DNA of 61,236 nucleotides, counting the filler. It is 12 parts of 12 records of this genome, joined end to end, with 100 filler letters (N's around TTAATTAATTAA, not from the genome) between each part and the next. Parts side by side here need not be neighbours in the genome. Positions count along the whole stretch, not along the records: positions 15,383 to 25,959 come from SRR7504441_15711; positions 26,060 to 29,530 come from SRR7504441_15721; positions 29,631 to 32,903 come from SRR7504441_15724; positions 33,004 to 37,735 come from SRR7504441_15726; 8 more parts are not named here. One strand, written 5' to 3'. Positions within the stretch are counted from its first letter, which is position 1; every line of letters starts with the position of its first letter. A program made the translations under genes and the position numbers. Positions 24,501 through 35,907 of this stretch are shown piece by piece. The notes below the pieces were generated by a model. That model searched no databases. It saw only the letters and a program-made list of their open reading frames with translations, and was not told the DNA's origin.

Positions 24501-25318
24501 TTGGTGCAAATTATGTCTCAAGTATATGTAAATGTCTTCTTCCGACCCAATGGAGAGACAGCTGAACTATGGACGAATGCGAGCAGCAGATATGAGATCG
24601 CTTACTCATTATCTAGGATTGCCATGCAGTCTCCGGAAGGCTTTGTAGCGCTGTTTCAGTCAATTGTGACGGCCACTGGAGCAACCAATCCAGACATGCT
24701 CCAGAAGCTCATCTATCACTGGCTGGAAGCTCAGAGCAAGGTCTCGGCCCCTGGGCCAAGATTAATTGTAGTGAGCGGGATTTCTGCGCTCTTCACGGTG
24801 AATCAGCCAGCGCTGATGCCTTTGATAGCAGAAATGGTCGGAATGGTCACAAAGCTTTTGCACACAGCGCTTCGACCAATTGAGCTCAACCGAAAGCACT
24901 GGCTCGAGCCTGCATACGAGGCTCGTGCTGAGCGGGAGCGCAAGCTGACTCTCTGTGGAGTTGATGTCAATTGCGAACAAATTCCTGGGATAGTAATGGC
25001 CAGACTTCGGCAGTGCGCCGATAGAGTCGGGCATGGCCCATTCCAGCAGCTGATCGCCAAGCTGCCTGCTGAGCTGCAGCAACAGCTGCAACAATTATCC
25101 GCCGCGTTCACACCTCCGCACTCGCCCCAACTTGACGCTCAGGTAACAAGCTCAGGGAAGTTGCATTGTTGCTTTGACCTTTGCGACGGCAGGTGCCAAC
25201 ACCCAAACTCATCAGTTCCCCTGGGATGCCGCCATCTCCATTGCCGCAGCCTAGTATGAGCGTACAGGCTAGCGCGTTGGACAACCATCCATCATCGATG
25301 GCGGCATTCAGCTTGTAG
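21535..25318 (+). CDS. Importin-beta family karyopherin (importin-11-like), many introns
   Basis: IBN_N motif VRKPAEELL...RLLAAIYLKNNIKRYWR...EKAHIRERLL; DLQDWKEDPESF, LLKDACLHAIGL, LHRRIIWLV. Confidence 0.82.
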
Positions 25319-26061
25319 GCCTGGCTCTGTGATAGAATTCATATTGGAAAGCTGTTGTGTTGTATGTCCACTATAGCTACCGCAATCGCCATGGCTCATA
25401 CGCGTACATCGAATGACTCTGAAGTCGTGCACCGATATCGTACCAGTATGTCGTTGGCTTGTTGTCGTAAACAACGAATTGCATATATTGGTGAAACAGG
25501 CCTCGTTTTCAACTCATCGCACTGTATGAGTCACCGATACCGGCGTAGACCCTCGTTCCGGCTGGCACGGGGGCTGAGCGTTCTGATTTCAGTGCCAAAT
25601 TGGCCCTGAACCTGCAGTTCGGCTACTGTTCGGGGGACAAACACCCGTGAATACGATCGGTTGCATGCTTCGGCGTACTCCTGGACACGACTAGTGCTAT
25701 AGGCGGATCCTGGGTGGAGGCACTTTACCTATAGTCCACTAGTTTTGCTAACATGGTTGCGAGGCTATTAGTAGGCTATTAGGCATGGACGGCATCGAGC
25801 CATGCAAGTTTGATTCATAGATTAACCCATATACTAGTAATATATTTTCATGCCGCCCGTTGCTTCGCTAGGAGTGCTTTGGGTTTGTACAAACTCTTGA
25901 TCGATTTGTCCTTCAAGCCAATTTTGCCTATGCCACTAGTATACTTCTGTGGAAGTAATNNNNNNNNNNNNNNNNNNNNNNNNNNNNNNNNNNNNNNNNN
26001 NNNTTAATTAATTAANNNNNNNNNNNNNNNNNNNNNNNNNNNNNNNNNNNNNNNNNNNNTC

Positions 26062-26090
26062 GTCCACGGACTCGGCCGTTCCGGCCTCGA
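26062..26090 (+). repeat. 29-bp exact direct repeat, second copy at 28040-28068
   Basis: GTCCACGGACTCGGCCGTTCCGGCCTCGA at both positions. Confidence 0.9.
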
Positions 26091-26152
26091 GTTAGTTGCT
26101 AGTGGGTGGCCCCTCACTCACCGAATGCACTTAATGCAGTCAAGTGATTTAA

Positions 26153-27703
26153 TTACAGTTTGTTATCCGGAGCGCAAATCTGTATGAGAATGCCTCCAAA
26201 TGTCACCCCGAACATCGAGCTAAGACAGGCCATGTACACCCAAAACCAACATGAGCACATGCTCCGCCACGCTACGCCCCCCCCACATGCTTCCGGTGGC
26301 AGAACCAATGGGGTCTTGCGGAGCATAAAGGGGTAAATGCTAAACAATAAGATCGTGCAAAACAGCGTGATGTAAAACGATGGCTCCCATTGCTGAGAGT
26401 ATGTTGCCCAAATGTATATGTAGCGATTGGGTGTCACGGTCTGATCCCAGACCTTGATGTGACCGTACATGCCAAATACTGCCAGCCACGCCGCAAGAGA
26501 GGCCTTGTACATATAGTCACAAAAGAGCACAGTGAGAGCGTGTAACAAGCAAATCCAATCCGGGCAAGCGGAGTGACAAGAATGGCAAATGCCAGCTGCT
26601 TCTTTTTGGAGGCGTCATTGATCCAAATGTCCAGCGCAGTCAAGACAAAACCAGATACGAACGCCAACCCGGTGGCGAGCGTGGCGAAGAAAATGTATGA
26701 GTTGTCTGGAATATCATCATAAGCAAAGTGAGGGGTGCCCCCGGGCTCTGGTGAGTTCTCAGAAGGAATGTAGGCCCCCAGGCCATAGTCCAATCCTGCG
26801 TTTGGCATGAAGCGCAGCATTCCCTGCTGACCAAGACCAGCAATAAAGATGGCCCGGCCCGATATTGTGTTGCACTGCGATTTAAGTGTGTCTTCATAGT
26901 AGTCCTCACCCTCACCCCGCTTGAATTCACCATACTTGCTGTCATTCACGATTTCGTCCGCCACATGCAGGTAGCCTTCAATGTCCTCTGTGTTGGTGCC
27001 GATAGTGTACAGCTGCTCTCCAATACGAGGGATGTACGTGTAGGCCATCCACAGCAGCAGTGTGAATAAGCACATCATGTACCTGCCACAGCAAAACAAT
27101 CTCAGCAAACGGCACGGTTTGCAAAGTCGCTGCTTACATCGGACAAAGTTTCATGTAGCCCCCAGGGTAGTAAACAAATCCGAGGCGGCCCAACCCAAGC
27201 AAGTAGTTGAGCGAGGCGAACCCAAGCAGCTGGTAGCAAAGCCGGTTGACAATTATGTTGTTGAGACAGAAATTGGACTTGCTCTTGGTACGATTCAGGT
27301 AATACTTGAATGAAAATCCCAGGATGGCGACCAGCACGGAGGTCTGGAACGAGAGTGTGCTGAAGATAACATACAGGATATCCTCGGAATCAGAATAACT
27401 CACTGTCGGGGTGTAACGGTACCTGCCGATTTGGTAGTACGTAAACCCAGCCATGAAGGTCGCCCGAGCTGCGACATTGCTGGCCATTCGCGCAGCGTCT
27501 TCCACCATCTTCGGGGTCTCCTCGTCTTTGGCCTCGTCTTTTAACTCTTCTTTGCTCTCTTCTTTGGGCACAGTGACCGCAGGTTTGGCAGGTCGGAGCT
27601 CCACCTCGGCAGCGGTGTTGGCTGTGCCCATCGTCGGGAGCTCGCCGGTCTCTTTCGTCTGGATGGGCGCATCCAGTTCCACTACGCCACGAATTTCGCT
27701 CAT
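26153..27703 (-). CDS. Multi-pass membrane protein with an internally duplicated TM module, 2 introns
   Basis: Three ORFs joined by GT-AG introns; ARATFMAGF...YVIFSTL is repeated as GRAIFIAGL...YIFFATL. Confidence 0.7.
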
Positions 27704-27795
27704 CGCGACAAGGCCGTGGGCACGCGCAGGCTCAATTCACCTAAAGCCAGCCGGATTCAGCTGATCGCCACGCCGGCCTTAGTCACCGCGGGAGG

Positions 27796-29194
27796 GTGGT
27801 GGCGGGGCGGGTCGCGCTGGCGGAGCAGCAGGCCGAGCAGGAGGCGGGGCTGGGCCACTGGAGGCGGCAGGTCTCGCGGGAGGCGCGGGAGGCCGTTTAT
27901 CTTGAGGCGGCGGCGGCGGTGGCTTGGATGGCGGCCTCTTATCGCCCCCGGGACTCTTGCGCCGGGCTGTGTCACTTCGCAACTTCCCCGCAATTGCCGT
28001 TGCAAGCTAATCTGGGCCGAGTGGGCTCGGCACCGCTCAGTCCACGGACTCGGCCGTTCCGGCCTCGACTGCGCGGGACATGGCACACACCTTCCCGCGA
28101 CCGGCATCGTTGGTGGCCGACGAGCGTTATCGAGCCGCTCGCCGGGCTTTCAGCCAGCGGACCGGATCTGCCGAGACCGGACACGTTGCCGACTTTTGCC
28201 GGGTGCTGGACGGCGCTGTGGACGACGCCTACGCCACTGGGAACCTGCTAGCCAACCCGGCGCACTCGCTCCGGCAGATCGCGCACCAAATGCACGCGCC
28301 GTTCCGCACCTACGGTAGCAGCAGCGGCGGAACATTCCGCTGTTTTAGCGGCGGCTGGGCAGGCGTGCAGCCCTACCCAGCACTGGTCGCTGTGCAGGAG
28401 CGCACCTTCGAAGCGGTCAGGCGGCTGTTTTCTGATGGCAGGTGGGCGCACAGTTTGGCTCTAGAGACTCACTGTGGCGGCACAGCCCGATGGAAAGAGA
28501 TCTCAAGATCTGGATGTCTCGAAAAGGTGGACCCCCGACAGCACCGCCGAATATTAAACTCTCCGGGGCAGGGATCTCGCTCTCTCAACGGTCGCCTGGC
28601 TTTGTCCCAGTCATTCACAGGCTGCCGTCGCGGTTCACAAAGCACAAGCCGTATAGGCGCGGATCTATAGCCTCATCCGATGTGCTGGTAAGCTTTGATC
28701 ACTCGTCTGGAACCATCCGATGCGCTGCAGGGTCCACAGGGAAAGCGTGTGCTGCTGTCGCCGCCGGCTGCATCATTCGAGTATCTTGAGCGCGAGCTAC
28801 AACAAGACGCAATGCAGCTTCCGAGAGAGATGGTGCGATGCAATGCACCTTGATGTTCATTTCGTGCACAGATTGGTCAAGCAGGGTTTCACACCTGCTC
28901 AAAAAGGCAGTTCAATATGATGAAAGTCCAGGTTTGTCTCTGTGTGAAATTCGGCTGATCCGCCCTCAGGTGGCTGAAGCGTTCAATCAAATGGAGCACC
29001 CTCTGCGCCTCGACACTCAACGGCTTGCCAAGCTTTCTGGAGTTAGCAAGGTGAGCTGGGCAGCCCGGACAGTAGCGTGATCCTGCGTTGCCTTGGCTTA
29101 CCCAGTTGCAAATTGAAGAAATGAGAAGGCAATGGTGGCGCGAGTGTGACCAAGAAGGCAACGGTGACGCTAGTGCGAACACAGAATACATTTA
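27796..29194 (+). CDS. Hypothetical spliced protein, start uncertain
   Basis: Consecutive + ORFs linkable by mini-introns, ending ...ASANTEYI*. Confidence 0.4.
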
Positions 29195-29729
29195 GAGTGG
29201 CATCTCTGTAGGGAAATGTGATATATCAAGCTATCTGCGGCTCATGAAATTATGCCATCCATGTGCTGGTCATGCAGACGAGAAAGCAATCAGGTCTGCC
29301 TTGCCGGCTGTATTTTGTGGTACATCAGTACTTGAGTAGAGTTCTCAGGTCGGCACTACTCGATATGTTTGAGTTTCTGCACCGACGAGACCCAATCCGT
29401 CGCTCAGGGCTACGCTCGCTCCATATTCGGCTTCGGTGGAAGGATCGCTGGCGGCGAGGGTCGTAACCGCATTGTACCAATTGGTGATACCTCCGACGGC
29501 CGGGGCAAAGTCATCTACGGTGGTAGCATCNNNNNNNNNNNNNNNNNNNNNNNNNNNNNNNNNNNNNNNNNNNNTTAATTAATTAANNNNNNNNNNNNNN
29601 NNNNNNNNNNNNNNNNNNNNNNNNNNNNNNTCTTCGAACCTAATGAACGAAAAGGGCTGTTCACATGTGCACGTGCGCAGGTTCACCCAGGGTTCATTCG
29701 TCAATCGTCAGCTGTCGTGCAAGACAAAT

Positions 29730-30665
29730 ATGATGCCGAGGCTCCTGATCGGATTGGGTGCGCTCGTGTTGCTCGTGGCGGCGGCCGAGTCCACCGGCGA
29801 GTTCAGCTACAGCCCGACCCCGTTCGGTCACATCTTGAGCCACTGCGTGCACCGGGTGCCGGAGGGGGCTCACCTCACCCAGCTGCCCGACGGCAGGGTG
29901 CGCGTGCAGGCCGCCGGGCCCGCCCGCACCCTGCCGGCCTGCGACACCCGGAACGGGAGCCTGCCGCTGGTGCGGGCGCCGCTCCCGCCGGACTACGACG
30001 GCTGGCTCCAGTACACGGCGCTTAACACGAGCAAGCTTGGGCTGTCCGGGGGGTTCGATGAATTCACCAACATTATGAGCGTCCCGGACCTGCCCAAGAA
30101 GAAGGCCGACATCCTGTACCTATTCCCCGGGCTGCAGAACACCGACTGGATCCCCAAGGTGGACCCGGAGCCCTCTAGGGCCAAGCCCTTCGACATCATA
30201 CAGCCTGTGCTCCAGTACCCCGGCGGCGGCTCGCTCTTCAGGCCGGGCTGGCGGCTGCGCTCGTGGTACGTGACCGTCAACGCCGGGGCGATCATGTCGG
30301 ACGGGATCGACGTGCAGCCCGGGGACGCGGTGCTTTGCAACATGAGCCGGACAGGCCCCGAGTCGTGGAGCGTGCAAGGCAGCCTCAAGAGCTCCGGGAA
30401 GGCCACCACCCAATCGGCCACTAACAGCAGGCTCAAGCTGCAGCCGTGGGCGTACAACACGCTCGAGTGCTACGGGTGCGACGGGTGCGACACTTACCCG
30501 ACTCAGCCGGTCAAGTTCACGGAGAATAAGCTGTACCAGGCAGGCAAGCTGGTGCCTGTGCCGGGCTCGGCCTGGGAGATTAACCCCAAGCCGGCCAAGA
30601 AGCTCGAGTGCCGCGAGAAGACCACCGTCGCCCCCAATGGCGACACCACGATCGCCTTCCAGTGA
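29730..30665 (+). CDS. Secreted beta-sandwich protein, possibly glutamic-peptidase (G1)/concanavalin-like fold, intronless
   Basis: Signal peptide; TPFGHILSHCVHRVP pro-region; LYLFPGLQ, IIQPVLQY, SWYV, TLECYG. Confidence 0.65.
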   Translation: MMPRLLIGLGALVLLVAAAESTGEFSYSPTPFGHILSHCVHRVPEGAHLTQLPDGRVRVQAAGPARTLPACDTRNGSLPLVRAPLPPDYDGWLQYTALNTSKLGLSGGFDEFTNIMSVPDLPKKKADILYLFPGLQNTDWIPKVDPEPSRAKPFDIIQPVLQYPGGGSLFRPGWRLRSWYVTVNAGAIMSDGIDVQPGDAVLCNMSRTGPESWSVQGSLKSSGKATTQSATNSRLKLQPWAYNTLECYGCDGCDTYPTQPVKFTENKLYQAGKLVPVPGSAWEINPKPAKKLECREKTTVAPNGDTTIAFQ

Positions 30666-30856
30666 GCACTTCGTACGGTTATTAATAGCCGAGTGCGGAG
30701 AGTTTGGCTCATGACGGACCGATAAGAAAATAGACTATGAGTTTGGCTTACGATGGCCCGGATCTCGGTCCAGCTGCGGCAATGGCAAGATAATCGTCGG
30801 AAAATAGACTATAAGTACGTATACGCTGTTTTATCAATTCTTCTCCTCGACCGCCA

Positions 30857-31516
30857 CTAGCCCGCCACCGCCGCCGCCTCGGCCTCCGCCCGCTCCAAGC
30901 AGGCCGAGAAGCTCTTCGGTCCGGCGGCCAGCTCCTCCAGCCTCTCGATGGCGACACGGATGTCGACGTCCCGGCCGAGGCTCGCGAGGTGGTCGGCTGT
31001 CCGGTTGAGCTGGGTGAAGTAGCTATCGTCCTTCTGATGCCCCGGGTGGTGGATCCTATCGAGCTCGAGGCCGTCCGGAAACCTGCTGGCCTTCTCACGA
31101 TCGACGCGCCCGTAGACGTCGACCAGGACAGGGTGCTTGTAGTTCGCCGTGCCGGCGTCGAACGCGAGCGCGTTCAAGAAGTCCGCGAGGCAGGTCGCCT
31201 CACCGACGCCGCTCGGGAGGCTCTCGATGCCGAGCAAAAAGCCCATCCCCTCGGCCCCCACGTTGCGGCTGCCGCCGTGGTCGCCCCATCGGGCTCTCAG
31301 GCGCAGCTGCTGCTCCGGGTACGACTCCGGGGGCACCACCACCGCGCTGTGCCAGCCGGTGCTGCTGCCGTCGGTGCTGACCATCCACTGCGAACTGCGC
31401 CGAGACAGGTCCCTCTCGAGCGCCAGCCAGGCGCGCTTGGCGGCAGAGGCGGCCTTGGTCGACCGGCACAGGGGGGCGGCCATGCTGCTGGACTCGTCGC
31501 GCTTTCGCTTGCTCAT
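30857..31516 (-). CDS. Stand-alone RNase HI-like nuclease, intronless
   Basis: Four acidic motifs in RNase HI order: VSTDGS, RNVGAEGMGFLLGI, TCLADFL, HHPGHQ...LNRTADHLA; basic N-terminus MSKRKR. Confidence 0.65.
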   Translation of the reverse strand: MSKRKRDESSSMAAPLCRSTKAASAAKRAWLALERDLSRRSSQWMVSTDGSSTGWHSAVVVPPESYPEQQLRLRARWGDHGGSRNVGAEGMGFLLGIESLPSGVGEATCLADFLNALAFDAGTANYKHPVLVDVYGRVDREKASRFPDGLELDRIHHPGHQKDDSYFTQLNRTADHLASLGRDVDIRVAIERLEELAAGPKSFSACLERAEAEAAAVAG

Positions 31517-31637
31517 GCGGCGCACACCCACCCTCGCTGGCTGTTCTTCCGTTACGAATCCGTTGGCGGGGGCAAAAATCAGCATTCCCACCGCCGCGAC
31601 AAGAGGCGCCCCAAGGTTGCTGGCCGGCCCTTGAGCG

Positions 31638-32183
31638 ATGGCGCGGCTCTCCTCGGGCCCGGCGGCCTCGGGGGGCAACTCGCAAGGCCGGTCGTCGATC
31701 GATCTGATCAGCTCGCCGACCGCGGTCAAGCGGGCGAGGCGCGAAGACCGGCGGCAGAAGAACCGGCTGGTGGATGGAGTCATGCTCACTGCCACGCTGC
31801 TGCTGGCCGTGATGGTGGTGGTGACCGACGTGTCGGGCGGGCTGGACGAAGTGGTGCCGGAATCGGCCAAATTGACCATACCGGAGAGCGTCGTGCTGGA
31901 GGAGGAGGCGCCAGTTGGGCGCGAGTCGAACGCGACGACCAATTACCGGCGGATGGCCCCTCCCACCATGCCGAATGTGCTGCTACACGCGCAGGGGCGG
32001 GTGTTGCTGCTGCTGGTAGTGATGCTGCTGCTCTGGCTGGCGCTCCGCACGCTGCTCTGGCTGGTGTGGTTTAGAGATTGCGAGTCGAGTCACGAGAAGA
32101 AGCTGATCATGCATGCCGAGGCCCAGCGGGCAAAGATTACCGCTGAGGATATCGAGTTCGACCGGCACAGCTTGCAGGCGTAG
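31638..32183 (+). CDS. Hypothetical two-TM membrane protein
   Basis: Intronless 181-aa ORF with two hydrophobic helices. Confidence 0.55.
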   Translation: MARLSSGPAASGGNSQGRSSIDLISSPTAVKRARREDRRQKNRLVDGVMLTATLLLAVMVVVTDVSGGLDEVVPESAKLTIPESVVLEEEAPVGRESNATTNYRRMAPPTMPNVLLHAQGRVLLLLVVMLLLWLALRTLLWLVWFRDCESSHEKKLIMHAEAQRAKITAEDIEFDRHSLQA

Positions 32184-32476
32184 GCCGCGGGCTCCTGGAG
32201 GGGACCGCAGCCGCTCGGTGATTGGGACGTTAGAGGATCATAGTTGGTCACAAGTCAGCACGAGGTGTGCGCGCAGCTTGACGTGTACAACATTTCACCA
32301 ACTGAATATAGATTATATATATATAAAGAGTACAATGATAATCAGTACCACTAAAAAGCGAATCCCTCCACCGAGATCGCTATCCCATGAAGCTAAATAA
32401 ATGATTTGAGGTCGTAGTCGGAGCAGCTCTAAACATCTTGAGCCAATCCAGCCATGGGCTAGCTGTGAGCACAGCT

Positions 32477-32903
32477 TCAGGCGCTGCCCTTGAACCAGCC
32501 GTTGGCCACGGGGGCCGCCTGCTCTTGCGCCGGCTTCTCCCACCCGAGGGCGGCCGCCACTCGCTCGTGCTCTGACTCGGCTTGGCCGGTGAGCTGGGTT
32601 ACGTCCACTCCCTGGTTGTTCTTGTACACGTCCTCGTAGCTCATGTTGTTGTTCTCTGGCTTCTTCTCCTTCCAGGCCTTGCCGCCGTCCACTTCGATCG
32701 ACGACTTGAGACTCATCTTGCCTCCACCCGCTTGGGCCGGGAAGATGTCGGCTTGCACAGCGTCATTCTCGAGGTCGAGTCCCTCAGCAGAATCGTCGCA
32801 CACGTTGTACAGCACCAGCCCTTTGCCCTTGACCCGCTTGGCAGTCACGTTGACCAGGATCGAGTCTTCCACCTCCAGATGCTCCACGCGGCACTTGGCC
32901 ACC
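32477..32903 (-). CDS. C-terminal part of an unidentified protein, 5' truncated
   Basis: Open frame from the contig edge with strong codon bias; beta-rich VEDSILVNVTAKRVKGKGLVLYNV. Confidence 0.65.
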
Positions 32904-33065
32904 NNNNNNNNNNNNNNNNNNNNNNNNNNNNNNNNNNNNNNNNNNNNTTAATTAATTAANNNNNNNNNNNNNNNNNNNNNNNNNNNNNNNNNNNNNNNNN
33001 NNNAGATATCAATAAACGATTTCAACTCTCTCTTCTATGGTGTTTCAATGTACAATTTTAGTGCT

Positions 33066-35728
33066 TCAGTGCAAGGGAACCATCTGCCGCGTGTACCCGA
33101 ACCAATTATACTCGCTCGCATTTCCAGCTACAGGAGCAACCGTCAAATCGGGCACAGCTTCCGACACGTACAGTATGGCGTACTGACCATGTTCGAGAGC
33201 TAGCTGCCAAGCCCCGAATGGCAGCTCACTAACTGTGAGGTTTGCATTAGCCACTTTTGGAGGGCTGGCTAGATCCTGCCAGCTGTCGCCCGAAACCCGG
33301 ATCTTGGCCACTGCTGCGCTCTTGTCTTTGGCGACCGCCTCCAGGCGAACAAATTCCACGACTCCCGCTTGCCGGACTGCTGACACGAGCAATCCCCCAC
33401 TGGCCCGGAGCTTGTGAAAGGCGACGTTCTCCCAGCCCTCGCTGGGCACCCCGGGGAACAGATCGAGCACGCCCGAGCTAGGCGAGGTGTGCAGTACCAT
33501 TGTGTGCATCACTCCAGCAGCGCAATAGGCACTCTCTGACACTGGTCCGAACTCGCCCGGGTTGTTCATGTACACCATCTCGCCATACATTCCGTTGGGC
33601 GTGAGAGGCAGAGCTGAAAGATTCCCGACCGCAGCCTCAGCCCGGCCAATCAGTGTACTCATGCTAGCCAGGGCGCATGAGGTGAAGCCTCGGCACTCCT
33701 CGTTGAACCAGTTGCTCGCGTTGCAGCTCAGAGAGTACCAATGGTCCACCGAGGTCTTCACTAGCTGGTTCAAGCTGCTGTTGCCCGTGCGATCATACTC
33801 GACCGTCTCGAGGTCGAAAACCTGCCTCCAGTCAGCCCCAATTCAAGTGACCCTCTGACCTGCAGCAGGTGTGAAAAGTGCCGATGTGGGCATTCAAACG
33901 CGCAGTTGGCGTCGAGGCGGAAACCAGTGTGGTCGTTCGGATACCAGGCGAGTTCTGACTGGAGCAGTTTGGCCCAGCTCGACTGGTCAACGCCTCGGGC
34001 TGTCATGTTCAGTCCGTACTTGTCAGCCAGCGCCAGCACTGTCTGCAGCCCCCACCGGATCTGGCTCAGGCCGAAGTTGCAGTCCTGCCCAGGCTTGCAC
34101 ATCCGATCTTGGAATGGTGGGTAGCAATTATATTCGGGAGAGTTACAGCCGACCAAATGCATCTTGCCATCGCCCAGTCGCTTCAGCCCAGCCAGTTCTT
34201 TCTTGAGTTCGTCCACCAGGGCAGGCCAGGCGTGCTCAGTCAAGCGAGCCCTGTCGCCCTCGAACTGCGCTTGCTTGACATAATTGTGCATCATCCAGAT
34301 CCCGCCAGCGGTCACCCCGCCGCTTGCCTCCGCGAATCTCATCATGGGCTCGGTTATCTCAGGACGGTTTGAGGCCGCTCCTAGCCAGTACATGACTTGT
34401 TCGTTCATGTCCCATACGTCATCCGGCCAGAGGTTGAACATCCCGGTCGGGCCGAAGGCGCCCATCAACCCATGCAGGTTCACCCTGTCAGAACTGGCAA
34501 AACGGTACATCTCAACGTAGTAAAGACCTTCCAGCCGGCTAATGGGGAATGATACGAATGCCTCGTTCCAGTAACGACTCCACCAGGCCCGATGCAGCGC
34601 CCGGAGTGGGTCCACACCCATCCGAACCGCCGCGTCGATCTGAGTCTGCTGCGCGCCTTGTTTGGCAGCTACGGTGGTGAGCAGTGTCATCGAGCTGCCT
34701 GTGGTGCTGTTGTGGCTCGCAAACGGAGAGTCGCCCGTCTGGATCCACTCCAGCACCGGGGCGGCCCCAGACCACTCCAGCTCGACAACCGCCACACTCG
34801 GGCCATCGGCCGCCACCCACATCAGCGCGCTCATCAGCAGGAGGCCCGTGTTGGGGTCTGTCACGTTCATCTCGAGCTGTGCCGTGTACAGCCGCTGGGA
34901 GATCGTCACGCTCAGCGGCAGCCCCGCCCGACTGTCCAGCCGAAAATACCCGGAAGGCTGCCGGTGGCCGCCGGCCCCGAGCATTACGTTGTCGAGAAGC
35001 AGGTGGAACACTCCGGCTGATCCTTGCTCCGCCTGCACACGCATCCCAAGCTGCCCGTTCCCAACGTAAGCAGCGACCGCCCAGGTGAGCGGGATCAGGT
35101 TCTCGAGCTCAGGCGCCTGCAGCCGGTACAGCCCGAACAGCTGGGACCGGTCGCCGTTGTGGCAGGGCGCGACCACCGCCGGTTGGCCCGACTCGAACAT
35201 TCTGGCAAAGCCGCGAGGGCAGATTGTCTCGTCGCAAAAGGGCGAGCTGGTGTTGACCGCCAAGCACCAGGACTGGCCGCGCCCGCCGCCCAGCGCAGTC
35301 GCCCGGCCGAGGGTGAGAAACCCGTCGTACTGGGTCCACGGCTGGGTGGCTGCGCACGGCCCGAGGGCGGCCCCAGACGACCCGTTGACCAGGCACCGCC
35401 CACTGGCTTTGTTGAGCACAGCTCCGCTCGGCTGGAGCTGCCACTGCTGCCGCGAGTCGTCTGAGCTGCACCCAGCCAGCGCCACCGGGCCGGAGGAGAG
35501 GCAGCAGCCGGCCGGACCGCACTGCTGGAGCTCCCGGGCTCGCGGACGGATCTGGTAAAGCGAGCTGGCATCACATCGCCAGGCCCAGCGCAGGTCGTGC
35601 CGGGCGAGCAGCGTTGGCCAGCTCGGCGCGAACCTGACGTCCACCGCCGCCGCGGAGACGCAGCCCCAGAAGAGCGCTACCACGGCTGGCAAGGTCGCGA
35701 GCGACTGGCCAGTGGCTGCTCCGAGCAT
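33066..35728 (-). CDS. Secreted GH95-like (alpha-L-fucosidase-like) glycosidase with an inserted ricin-B lectin domain, 1 intron
   Basis: AYVGNGQLG, LHRAWWSRYW, VWDMNEQVMYW, HRHFSHLLQVF, LDLFPGVP..W...FHKLRASGGLLVSA; Cys/QxW ricin repeats at about 35120-35560. Confidence 0.78.
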
Positions 35729-35907
35729 CGTTTGAGTCTGTTTCCGTTGAGTGGATCCCAAAATAGAGCTCAAGTTAAGACCTGTTTGTGGTGAGGAAAA
35801 TAGCGATCGTGGTCCCAAAAATAAAAAGTTGCTAGCAAAAGTCAGATGTTGGACGGGAGTTCTGTCACAGTTCTGTGCGGTTGCGCGAAGAGACAGCGAC
35901 AAACACC

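Noticed and set aside
12273-25318. Pseudogenes, programmed frameshifts or a stop-codon reassignment explaining the broken ORFs
   Set aside because: Removing short GT/GC-AG introns restores conserved frames, and TAA, TAG and TGA all serve as terminators
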